Assembly: GCA_964558235.1 (NCBI GenBank)
Contig: CAZLCK010000002.1
Coordinates: 14,354 to 78,353 of the forward strand
Length of the DNA stretch: 64,000 bases
Direction of reading: 5' to 3'
Source: an uncultured Coriobacteriaceae bacterium
GTDB lineage: Bacteria > Actinomycetota > Coriobacteriia > Coriobacteriales > CADBOM01
Below the pieces are notes generated by a model. The model saw only the letters and a list, made by a program, of their open reading frames with translations. It was not told the origin of the DNA and ran no database searches. Every line of letters begins with the position of its first letter. The stretch's first letter is position 1. Position numbers and translations under genes: made by a program. Positions 37,697-46,797 of the stretch are shown piece by piece.

Positions 37697-39604
37697 GTGT
37701 CTACTAAACAGAAGAAGCTTCTAAGGCGTATTATTGTTGCCTTAGTTTTATTTGTCGTAATCTATTTCCTGCCTCTTAGTTTGTGGCTTCAATCTCCTTA
37801 CGATCTCTACGTAGAGTTTGCATTATTTCTCATCCCCTATTTCATTGCTGGATACGATGTTTTATTAAGAGCTGCAAAAAATATTGGCCACGGACAGATT
37901 TTTGATGAAAACTTCTTAATGTCCATAGCTACTATTGGTGCATTTGCCCTCGTATTTTTTCCAGACACAGACCCTCATATGGCTGAAGGTGCTGCTGTCA
38001 TGCTCTTTTATCAAATTGGAGAGCTCTTCCAAAGCTATGCTGTTGGTAAATCTAGAAAATCTATCGCAAAGATGATGGATATTGCACCTGATCATGCGAA
38101 TGTAAAGCGTGAAGGGCAACTTTTGGAGGTTGATCCTTCTGAAGTAGCTATCGGTGAGACAATTGTCTGTAAACCTGGAGAACGCGTGCCCCTTGATGGA
38201 ATCATTTTGACTGGCTCTTCTCAAATCGATACTTCGGCTCTTACAGGCGAGTCTGTGCCAAGAGTAGTTGAAGAGGGTTCAGAGGTTTTGTCTGGAAGCA
38301 TCAACCTTTCTGGACTAATAGAGATCCAAGTAAATAAACAATATGAAGAGTCTACTGTAGCGCGTATTTTAGAGCTTGTTGAAGAGGCATCCGAGAAGAA
38401 GGCAAGGACTGAGAATTTTATAACTCGCTTTGCAAGATTTTATACCCCTATCGTTGTAATAGTTGCAGTTCTTCTTATGGTAGGACCTCCCCTAATTGCT
38501 GGACTTTCATGGAGTAGTTGGGTAGAACGCGGTCTAGTATTTTTGGTTGTTTCTTGTCCTTGTGCGCTTGTTATATCTGTCCCTCTTTCGTTCTTTGGTG
38601 GAATTGGAGGAGCATCCAAGCTTGGAATTCTTGTTAAGGGAGGCAATTATTTTGAGGTTTTAGCTAAAGCTGACACAGTGGTCTTTGATAAAACTGGAAC
38701 ACTTACAGATGGTACGTTTGAGGTTGTAGCAATTCATGCTGAAGAGGATCTTGATCCTAATTATGTCCTTTCTATTGCAGCACACGCAGAGGCATATTCT
38801 GATCATCCAATTGCCATTTCAATTAGAGAAGCCTATTCGGGCGAGATCAATCATGAGATTATTGAAGAGGTCTCCGAAAAGGGAGGTCATGGGGTTAGTG
38901 CAACAATTGACAAACATGTGGTCATTGTTGGAAATGACAAGCTCATGAGGGAGAATAATATTGAATTTAATGATTGTGATCTAACTGGAACAATTTTACA
39001 TATCTCTTATGACGGCAGATATATTGGACATATTGTTATTGCAGATGTTATTAAAAAGAATGCAAAAGAAGCTATTGATGACCTTCGTAAGGTAGGCATC
39101 AAGCGAACTTATATGCTTACTGGTGATCGACTCGAAGTTGCAAAAGCTGTTGCATCAGAGATCGGAATCGATGAAGTACACGCTCAGTTATTACCTCAAG
39201 GAAAAGTTGATTTCATTGAAGAGTTGATAAATAAGCAAAATGATTCTTCTCGACTTGCTTTTGTTGGTGATGGAATTAATGATGCTCCTGTCCTAACAAG
39301 ATCAGATGTTGGAATTGCAATGGGTGCTGTTGGCTCTGATGCAGCTATTGAAGCTGCCGATATCGTTTTGGTAGACGACAATCCAAAAAGAATTGCACAA
39401 GCTATTCATATATCTAAAAAGACAGTCAAAATCGTTTGGCAAAATATTATCTTTGCTATTGGCGTTAAAGTCCTAATTATGATTTTAGCCGGATTTGGAC
39501 TTGCTAATATGTGGGAAGCTGTTTTTGGAGATGTTGGAGTTACAGTTATAGCAATAATTAATGCAATGCGAGCAATGAATGTTTCAAAATTCGCAAGGCA
39601 CTAA
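37697..39604 (+). CDS. P1B-type heavy-metal ATPase, Zn/Cd/(Co)-type; no fused N-terminal HMA domain
   Basis: TM6 CPC (VVSCPCALV), DKTGTLT, TGD, GDGINDAP and TGES. TM7/8 residues (N..GVK; FGDVGVTVIAIINAMR) resemble CadA/ZntA rather than CopA. Confidence 0.88.
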   Translation: MSTKQKKLLRRIIVALVLFVVIYFLPLSLWLQSPYDLYVEFALFLIPYFIAGYDVLLRAAKNIGHGQIFDENFLMSIATIGAFALVFFPDTDPHMAEGAAVMLFYQIGELFQSYAVGKSRKSIAKMMDIAPDHANVKREGQLLEVDPSEVAIGETIVCKPGERVPLDGIILTGSSQIDTSALTGESVPRVVEEGSEVLSGSINLSGLIEIQVNKQYEESTVARILELVEEASEKKARTENFITRFARFYTPIVVIVAVLLMVGPPLIAGLSWSSWVERGLVFLVVSCPCALVISVPLSFFGGIGGASKLGILVKGGNYFEVLAKADTVVFDKTGTLTDGTFEVVAIHAEEDLDPNYVLSIAAHAEAYSDHPIAISIREAYSGEINHEIIEEVSEKGGHGVSATIDKHVVIVGNDKLMRENNIEFNDCDLTGTILHISYDGRYIGHIVIADVIKKNAKEAIDDLRKVGIKRTYMLTGDRLEVAKAVASEIGIDEVHAQLLPQGKVDFIEELINKQNDSSRLAFVGDGINDAPVLTRSDVGIAMGAVGSDAAIEAADIVLVDDNPKRIAQAIHISKKTVKIVWQNIIFAIGVKVLIMILAGFGLANMWEAVFGDVGVTVIAIINAMRAMNVSKFARH

Positions 39605-39628
39605 ATATTCACAGAGTACTAAATCATT

Positions 39629-39664
39629 GGCTCTGTAAAAGCAAAACCTTGTTTTTACAGAGCC
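39629..39664 (+). terminator. Terminator hairpin after the ATPase gene
   Basis: 12-bp perfect stem GGCTCTGTAAAA/TTTTACAGAGCC with a 12-nt loop, followed by ATTCTTTC. Confidence 0.7.
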
Positions 39665-39736
39665 ATTCTTTCAAAAAATCAAAATAGACAGTTAGGTTTT
39701 TCAAATAAATTAATAAAAAGTAAATAGATAATCTGA

Positions 39737-40744
39737 CTATCTATTTAAAGCTTGATCGACAGCAACAGCGACAGCTACAGTGGCGCCAACCATAGGATTA
39801 TTGCCCATCCCAATGAATCCCATCATCTCAACATGAGCCGGAACTGATGAAGATCCAGCGAACTGAGCATCAGAATGCATTCTACCCATGGTGTCTGTCA
39901 TTCCATAAGACGCAGGGCCCGCTGCCATGTTATCGGGGTGTAAAGTTCTTCCTGTTCCGCCGCCAGAAGCAACAGAGAAGTACTTCTTACCCTTCTCGGT
40001 AGATAGTTTTTTGTATGTTGCAGCTACAGGATGTTGGAATCTTGTGGGATTAGTTGAGTTTCCTGTAATCGAAACATCAACATCTTCAAATTCCATGATT
40101 GCAACACCTTCACGAACATCATCTGCACCAAAGCATCTCACATCTCCACGCTCGCCTGAACTATATCTTTTTTCTCGCACAATAGAAAGTTCTCCAGTTG
40201 CGTAATCAAAGCTAGTCTGTACATATGTAAATCCATTGATGCGTGAAATAATTTGAGCGGCATCTTTTCCAAGTCCATTTAAGATAACGCGTAAAGGCTC
40301 TGTTCTTGCTTTATTTGCATTCTTAACAATACCAATTGCGCCTTCTGCTGCAGCAAAGCTCTCATGGCCTGCCAAAAATGCAAAGCAGGTTGTCTCTTCA
40401 CGAAGAAGCATAGCTCCTAAGTTTCCATGTCCTAATCCAACTTTTCTATCTTCAGCAACAGAACCTGGAATACAAAAAGCTTGTAGCCCAATTCCGATCT
40501 TTTCTGCAGCTTCTGCAGCACTTTTAATACCGGATTTAATTGCAATAGCAGCGCCAGCTGTATATGCCCACGCAGCATTTTCAAAACAAATTGGTTGAAC
40601 ACCTTTGACAATGTCATATGGAAGAGTCTTCATACCAGCTTGAGCACAAACGTCCCTTGCAGCTTCAAGGCTATCAATTCCGTAATTGCTAAGCTCTGCG
40701 CTGATCTTGTGGATTCTTCGCTCTTTGCCTTCAAAATCAGCCAT
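39737..40744 (-). CDS. GGGtGRT-family protein (function unknown)
   Basis: 335 aa containing the eponymous motif SVASGGGTGRTLHP and the conserved C-terminal block MGFIGMGNNPMVGATV. Confidence 0.7.
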   Translation of the reverse strand: MADFEGKERRIHKISAELSNYGIDSLEAARDVCAQAGMKTLPYDIVKGVQPICFENAAWAYTAGAAIAIKSGIKSAAEAAEKIGIGLQAFCIPGSVAEDRKVGLGHGNLGAMLLREETTCFAFLAGHESFAAAEGAIGIVKNANKARTEPLRVILNGLGKDAAQIISRINGFTYVQTSFDYATGELSIVREKRYSSGERGDVRCFGADDVREGVAIMEFEDVDVSITGNSTNPTRFQHPVAATYKKLSTEKGKKYFSVASGGGTGRTLHPDNMAAGPASYGMTDTMGRMHSDAQFAGSSSVPAHVEMMGFIGMGNNPMVGATVAVAVAVDQALNR

Positions 40745-40748
40745 AGGA

Positions 40749-41441
40749 TTATTCCTCTCTCGGGTCGATATACTTTACAGCTTCGTCAAACCTTCCATAT
40801 CTTCCCGAAGCGCCTTCCAAAGCTTCATTGGCATCCTTACCTGCTCGGATTGCCTCCATCATCTTTCCAAGATTGACATATTCATAGCCGATAATTTCAT
40901 CATCTTCATCAATAGCAAGCTTGGTCACATACCCTTCGGTTACTTCAAGATATCTAGAACCTTTTGCTTTAGTTCCATAGGTTGTTCCAATCATGGAACG
41001 ATCTCCCTTTCCAAGATCATCCATAGCGGCACCAATTGGAAGTCCGTCCTCAGAAAATGCAGTTTGGGAGCGTCCGTAGACTATCTGCAAGAATAGTTCA
41101 CGCATTGCAACATTGATTGCATCACAAACCAAATCTGTATTGAGTGCTTCAAGAATTGTCTTTCCAGGTAAAATCTCAGAAGCCATAGCGGCAGAGTGTG
41201 TCATTCCTGAACAACCGATAGTCTCAATAAGAGCCTCTTCGATAATTCCATCTTTTACATTTAACGTAAGTTTGCAAGCTCCTTGTTGAGGGGCACACCA
41301 CCCAACTCCATGAGTAAGGCCTGAGATATCAGATATCTCACGTGCTTTGACCCACTTACCCTCCTCAGGGATGGGGGCTGGCCCATGACATGCGCCCTGT
41401 GCGAGTGGGTACATATTTTCGATCTGAGTAGAATAGATCAA
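40749..41441 (-). CDS. NifU/IscU-like Fe-S scaffold-domain protein with an extra C-terminal domain
   Basis: The N-terminal ~120 aa show an IscU-like three-Cys pattern (GWCAPQQGAC...GCSGMTHSAAMAS...GKTILEA). The C-terminal ~100 aa are unrecognised. Its stop lies 4 nt from the GGGtGRT start. Confidence 0.65.
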   Translation of the reverse strand: MIYSTQIENMYPLAQGACHGPAPIPEEGKWVKAREISDISGLTHGVGWCAPQQGACKLTLNVKDGIIEEALIETIGCSGMTHSAAMASEILPGKTILEALNTDLVCDAINVAMRELFLQIVYGRSQTAFSEDGLPIGAAMDDLGKGDRSMIGTTYGTKAKGSRYLEVTEGYVTKLAIDEDDEIIGYEYVNLGKMMEAIRAGKDANEALEGASGRYGRFDEAVKYIDPREE

Positions 41442-41680
41442 TGCTCCATACCCTTTCTAATCCTGATTTTTCATAGTCAAAAAAGATCTTGATTGCTTTA
41501 TAAGATTGTAAAAATAAAGTTATATTTTTATCAATAATTGTACAACTTGCCAAACAACGAACATCATTGCAACTGGCAGAAGTCATCACTAAATCATAAA
41601 ACAATGATCAATATAATCTTTGATAAATCGATTACCTATCCTCTTGTATATATTGTTTTAGATCGAAATCATTGAGCTAA

Positions 41681-42310
41681 ATGTCAGATAAATACGTCAA
41701 ACGTATCTCATGTGGAATAGACAATTGTTATGTGGTTCGTCAAGGAACACATGCAATTTTGGTAGATACATGCAGAAGGTCTAATAGAACAAAAATTTTA
41801 AAGGCAGCTAAAGATGAGGCTGTTTCGTTGATAGTTTTAACTCATGGTCATTATGACCACATTGCAAATGCAAGAGTTATCGCTGAAACGCTAGATATTC
41901 CGATAGCCATGCATTCGGCAGATGTAGATATGATTTCAGATAATAAAATTCAAAAAATGCATGCAAACACTTTGCTTGGTTATCTGCTTTTGCTATTTAA
42001 TAAGTTTTTTATCCCAGTAAATAAGATCGATCAATTCTATCCTGATTTATTTTTGCAAGAAGGTGACTCGCTTAAGCCTTTTGGTATCGATGCTCAAATA
42101 ATTGAATTACCTGGGCATACGATGGGATCTATTGGTTTGGATATCTGGGGTACAGATTTAATAGTTGGTGATGCTTGTATGCCAAGTTGTAAGGATTATA
42201 GAACCACTATTTATGGCAACAGAAGGCACATGGAAAGCTCTCTCCATCGCGTAATTAGCATTGGAAAACGCACAATCCATTGCGGACATGGGAAGACTAT
42301 ATTTAATTAG
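41681..42310 (+). CDS. MBL-fold metallo-hydrolase
   Basis: Zn motif LTHGHYDHI, later LPGHTMGS and a C-terminal GH. 209 aa. Confidence 0.75.
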   Translation: MSDKYVKRISCGIDNCYVVRQGTHAILVDTCRRSNRTKILKAAKDEAVSLIVLTHGHYDHIANARVIAETLDIPIAMHSADVDMISDNKIQKMHANTLLGYLLLLFNKFFIPVNKIDQFYPDLFLQEGDSLKPFGIDAQIIELPGHTMGSIGLDIWGTDLIVGDACMPSCKDYRTTIYGNRRHMESSLHRVISIGKRTIHCGHGKTIFN

Positions 42311-42362
42311 TCTTTAGACGCTCTCCCCTTTTCTCACTAGTCCTACTTTTATCTTAATTTTT

Positions 42363-42396
42363 GGCTCTGTTAACCCAGCGTGGATATAACAGAGCC
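42363..42396. terminator. Hairpin between convergent MBL and Hcy-methyltransferase genes
   Basis: 10-bp perfect stem GGCTCTGTTA/TAACAGAGCC with a 14-nt loop and T-rich flanks. Its arms are related to the hairpin at 39629-39664. Confidence 0.6.
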
Positions 42397-42409
42397 TAAT
42401 TCTTAATTT

Positions 42410-43612
42410 TTAAATCAACACAGCACCATATTTTGCACAGACAGTTTTTAATGCAGAATTATTAATATCACCATTTACAAAAGCAATTCCTGAATAAAGT
42501 TTTAAATAGATGTCCAGTCTTTGAAGATCGTTTTTTGATTCAAATTGATTATCAGATTCAAAAACAATAGGCGCTAAAGTAGTTAGTTCCAAAATATCCC
42601 ACTTTTCAGTCGAACTATCTGAACAATCAACTCTTTCATAATCGTCAAAATTACATTGATTTGTATTCACCTGAACAACATCGCTCATAGATGCAAGATT
42701 AACTAATGAATCTTTGCCGCTACTTTTAGAATGTACATTATGCATGTTGCGATATGGTTGAGCTTCTTTTAAGACAACTGCGATCTCTTTTGTAAATGTT
42801 GGGTCGCTACCACAACAAGATCCAATAATTGTGGCTCCAACACCAACATAATCAAGAGCAAAAGAGGCCATCTCTTCTGGAGTGCCTGGATATATAACAG
42901 AACCATCCTCTTTTAAAATTGGAAGGCCAGCATTTGGCTGAACAATCAGCGGAAGTGCTGTTTGAGAGATCATCTCTTGGATAATCTTCAATGCTTCCTT
43001 AGGGCCTAGGCCACAATTCATCCCAACAGCATCAACACCAAGCTTTTCGCAAATTAAAGCTGCTGCTGCAGGTGTTGTTGAAGAGAGTGGCATCCTTGAA
43101 TCTGTATTAAAAGTACAACTTGCAATTATTGGTAAATCAGTACAGTCTTTGATAGCTAAAATTGCACACCTAATGTCGGCTATATCAATAAAAGTTTCAA
43201 GCAATATTGCATCGGGTTTTCTGCTCACAAGAGCTTCTACATGTCGTCTGTAGGCATCGTAAGCTGTTTCAAAACTAGTCGATCCTAATGGTTCTAATAC
43301 CAAAGCGCATGGTCCTACATCACCAAAGACAAGCCCATCGGGATTGCCCTTACGTGCTAGATCAACTGAAGCCTTAACCATTTTGGCTGCTAAAGCTTGA
43401 TCATTTTTATCATCCGATGTACAGATCGAAAAAGAGTTTGTTGTCGCACAAGTTGCTCCAGCTTTGTAGTATTGCCTATGGGTATCGACAATAGCTTGCG
43501 GATTTTCGAGATTTAGATAGGCAGAATTATCCTTTGGATCTAACCCCTGACGTAAAAGCATTGTGCCCATAGCGCCTTCGCTGATATAGATTTGATTAGC
43601 AAGATCTAGCAC
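42410..43612 (-). CDS. Homocysteine S-methyltransferase-domain protein with an unassigned ~110 aa C-terminal extension
   Basis: Hcy-binding TIM barrel with Zn ligands (GMNCGLGP; IIGSCCGSDP). Confidence 0.75.
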   Translation of the reverse strand: MLDLANQIYISEGAMGTMLLRQGLDPKDNSAYLNLENPQAIVDTHRQYYKAGATCATTNSFSICTSDDKNDQALAAKMVKASVDLARKGNPDGLVFGDVGPCALVLEPLGSTSFETAYDAYRRHVEALVSRKPDAILLETFIDIADIRCAILAIKDCTDLPIIASCTFNTDSRMPLSSTTPAAAALICEKLGVDAVGMNCGLGPKEALKIIQEMISQTALPLIVQPNAGLPILKEDGSVIYPGTPEEMASFALDYVGVGATIIGSCCGSDPTFTKEIAVVLKEAQPYRNMHNVHSKSSGKDSLVNLASMSDVVQVNTNQCNFDDYERVDCSDSSTEKWDILELTTLAPIVFESDNQFESKNDLQRLDIYLKLYSGIAFVNGDINNSALKTVCAKYGAVLI

Positions 43613-43645
43613 AAATTCTCCTAAACATTTCTATGTATGCTTACA

Positions 43646-45085
43646 TTATCTAAATGATGAGCAGAGCCTATATATCGCATGGACATAAATTCTGAATGCT
43701 TGCTTTAGAAGCTCTTCGCTTACACCTTCATCTGGACCATGCATACTTCCAATCCAGTCAGGCTTTTCCTCACTAGCTTTTCCTGGACCAAAGCTTGCTG
43801 CATTCTTAAAAAGACGCGCATAAGTTCCACCGCCCATCGTAAAGGGCTTTGCATTCTCTTTGGTTACATCATTGTAAGCATCGAGCAAGGCTCGAATTGG
43901 TTTGGACTTAGGATCTACTAAAAAGACGGGCTTATGCATTGTCTTTTCTATCTTTACATCTGAGTCAAAGATCTTATGAAGCTGGGTTTTAATTTTTTCT
44001 TCTGTTATAGAAGTTGGATATCTGATATCAAGAGTTTGAGTGACATTTTGTTTCTGCATTTTTATTAACCCGCAGGTCACAGAGAGTGGATCAAAATGTT
44101 CATCTGAACATTGAATTTCCAAAGATCTTCCATCGTAAAATTTGCAAATCTTTGCAATGATTTGCAAAAAGTTAGCTAATTTACCTTCAACAATTTTATT
44201 ATCGATGAGATATTTCAAAAGAATCCCAATTGCATTAATTCCCAAATCGGGAGTCGAAGCATGAGCGCTTTTTCCGTGAGCTGTAATCTTCGTGGTATTT
44301 ATATCGATAGCTTCAAGTTCTATGTTATTTTCATTTGGAAATTTTTTAATATTTTGAGCAACAGTAGCAAAAGCAAGACCAGGAACAGCATTTACAGCCA
44401 TTCCGCCATCTATAGAGATCAGCTTACAATCCGAAGGGATATCGCGACTTAACTCGTAATTTAAGATCCCCTTCTCTCCATAGCAGACGGGAAAGGATGC
44501 ATCTGGTGTAAAAAGAAAATCTGGATCTGGATAGTTCTTTTTGTACCATAAGACATCTTGCATGCCCGTTTCTTCATTGCACCCAATTAAAAAGCGTAGA
44601 TCTGACTCTAGTTTTATGCCCATTTGAGCCCAAAAACTACCTGCATGTAGAGCAATTATTGTAGGACCTTTGTCATCAAATATGCCACGTCCAATTAAAT
44701 ATCCATCTTTTCGAGTAAGGCTAAATGGATCAAAATTCCAATCGGGACCAGCAGGAACTACATCAACATGCCCTATAATTCCAACCTGCTTATCGGAATC
44801 TCCTTCTAGATCAGCAATGCCGATATACCCATCGCAATCTTTTGTCAAATATCCTAGTCTCTCTGCAATTTCAAGTGCGACATCTAGGGCATCTTTAGGC
44901 CCTTTGCCAAATGGTGCACCTTTTGATGCACAAGATAAATCCTCTACACTCTCGATTGCAATTAAACTAGCTATATCGGCAAGAACGGTTTGCCAATTAT
45001 CTTCAAGGTATTCATCAATCTTGCTATCTATTAGCTCATTTGAAATATTTTTATTAGCTTGGTTTTTATAAAAGTTTTGCTGCAT
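43646..45085 (-). CDS. pepV: M20-family dipeptidase (PepV/Sapep type)
   Basis: Motifs IIGHVDVVP, GRGIFDDKGP, CNEETG and GGGTYAR. ATG 45085 is preceded by AGGAGA; the track start at 45115 is less likely. Confidence 0.8.
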   Translation of the reverse strand: MQQNFYKNQANKNISNELIDSKIDEYLEDNWQTVLADIASLIAIESVEDLSCASKGAPFGKGPKDALDVALEIAERLGYLTKDCDGYIGIADLEGDSDKQVGIIGHVDVVPAGPDWNFDPFSLTRKDGYLIGRGIFDDKGPTIIALHAGSFWAQMGIKLESDLRFLIGCNEETGMQDVLWYKKNYPDPDFLFTPDASFPVCYGEKGILNYELSRDIPSDCKLISIDGGMAVNAVPGLAFATVAQNIKKFPNENNIELEAIDINTTKITAHGKSAHASTPDLGINAIGILLKYLIDNKIVEGKLANFLQIIAKICKFYDGRSLEIQCSDEHFDPLSVTCGLIKMQKQNVTQTLDIRYPTSITEEKIKTQLHKIFDSDVKIEKTMHKPVFLVDPKSKPIRALLDAYNDVTKENAKPFTMGGGTYARLFKNAASFGPGKASEEKPDWIGSMHGPDEGVSEELLKQAFRIYVHAIYRLCSSFR

Positions 45086-45200
45086 TTTATCTCCTGCGCA
45101 AAACATCGTTATCAATAATTAAGATTGTCTGTATTTTCTATTCTACTAAGATAATTGTCATTAATGATTTATCAAGCGGACAAATAACATTTAGGTATCA

Positions 45201-46055
45201 ATGGTTACAAATCTTTGCAAAAGACGTAAAAACTCATACAAAATAATAGAGTCGATAGATGTTTTAGCTACAGGAGATCTACCTGCATACAAACTAATAT
45301 ATAAACAAAATCTTAAAAATATTAGGCTTTCGTTTAATAAAAATTTTGGATCATTTACAGTATGCGCACCAAAATCAGCTAGCAGATCAGATATAGAAAA
45401 ATTTTTAAAATCTAAACAAAGATGGATCGATAAATCTTTAAAGTCCTTTGCTTTGGCAATAAAACACGAACCTATCGATTTTATCGACGGTGAAAAAATC
45501 ACAATTTGGGGAGAAATTTCAACTTTAAGAATTGTTAAAGCTAAAAATAATTCTAGAGGTTACCTCTTAAAAAATGGATCGACCATTGTACGAACAAGTT
45601 TCAGTTCTATCGAAAGTGCATATTCTTTGGAATACTTGGACACTGCTGATAAATCTATCACAACTAAACTCTCTAATTCGGGCAAAGAATTGTATCTAAT
45701 AACACAAGAGCCACATAATATTGAGAAGCTTAAATTACTTTGGAACAACTTTTTAAATGATGAGCTAAAAGCTCAAATTGACAAGAGATTAAATTATTTT
45801 GAAAGCATTACTGGGCTAAAATGCGAGAGTTATTCGATTAGAAAAATGAAAACACGATGGGGATCTTGCACACCTGCAACTAAAAAGATTCGCTTTTCAA
45901 ATAAGCTTGCTCTCTATCCCCCACAATGTTTAGACATGGTTATAGTTCATGAGCTTGGACATATCAAATTTCCAAATCACGGTAGCGGTTTTAAAGAACA
46001 TATGGGCAAATATTATCCAAACTACAAGTGTGCTGAAAAGCTTTTAAAAAATTAG
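45201..46055 (+). CDS. YgjP-like (DUF45/M48-related) metal-dependent hydrolase
   Basis: Zinc motif VIVHELGHIKFPNHGSGF near the C-terminus, plus MKTRWGSC. Confidence 0.7.
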   Translation: MVTNLCKRRKNSYKIIESIDVLATGDLPAYKLIYKQNLKNIRLSFNKNFGSFTVCAPKSASRSDIEKFLKSKQRWIDKSLKSFALAIKHEPIDFIDGEKITIWGEISTLRIVKAKNNSRGYLLKNGSTIVRTSFSSIESAYSLEYLDTADKSITTKLSNSGKELYLITQEPHNIEKLKLLWNNFLNDELKAQIDKRLNYFESITGLKCESYSIRKMKTRWGSCTPATKKIRFSNKLALYPPQCLDMVIVHELGHIKFPNHGSGFKEHMGKYYPNYKCAEKLLKN

Positions 46056-46147
46056 CTAGAAGCCAAGCTATTTTTAGACCAACATCTATTCCTTAAATGA
46101 TTAGTAAAAGTATCAGATTTCCAAGAAAACTACGGTTGAATGTACAA

Positions 46148-46588
46148 CTAACTTTTTACAAATTTCATAACTTGTTGTTGATACTCAAATATCAACATCT
46201 CAGTTTCGTCATCATAATCAATTTGAAATTGTCCGCCATCAGATGTAGAAGTTAATACAATTGCACTGTCATCATCGTTAGCTTCCCAAATTAAAGAAAG
46301 GCCAGAAAGAGGATCGGTATCTAATGAGCTAAAGGTTGCGCTACCATCAGAATTTAGATGAAGCGTCATTATATCGGCTCCGCTAGATCCAAGTGCACTA
46401 AAGTTCTCATCGTTATAAACAGTTCCATCGGCATTTTGATATTCAGACAATATCCATGTGCCTTCAAAATTTACCTTGTACGTTGCAGAACAGCCTGCCA
46501 AAATGAACATACTTAAAAGAAGTGCAAAAACAATTGAAACAAAAGAAGTTATTAAATATTGATTTAAATAAAACTTAGATTTTTTCAT
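46148..46588 (-). CDS. Lipoprotein, unknown function (paralog of 49266..49709)
   Basis: Lipobox LAGC after a signal peptide. Shared blocks with the paralog: F-x-GTW, L-x-LNSDG-S/T-A, W-E-A, and a C-terminal Y-D...L-x-F. Confidence 0.6.
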   Translation of the reverse strand: MKKSKFYLNQYLITSFVSIVFALLLSMFILAGCSATYKVNFEGTWILSEYQNADGTVYNDENFSALGSSGADIMTLHLNSDGSATFSSLDTDPLSGLSLIWEANDDDSAIVLTSTSDGGQFQIDYDDETEMLIFEYQQQVMKFVKS

Positions 46589-46797
46589 GAAAAATTCCCC
46601 AAATTAATCTATATCAAATCCGTTTTAATTAAGATTCAAAAATTTCGTATCTTTATTTATTTTAAATCAATCTAACAAATAGAAGCTTTTACCGGTTTAT
46701 GAATACAACATACCAAATATATGGAGCATTTATGAATCTATTGAAATATCTTAGTTAGGTTGGTTCTAGGACTATGGACTAAAGAAAGGAATTATTG

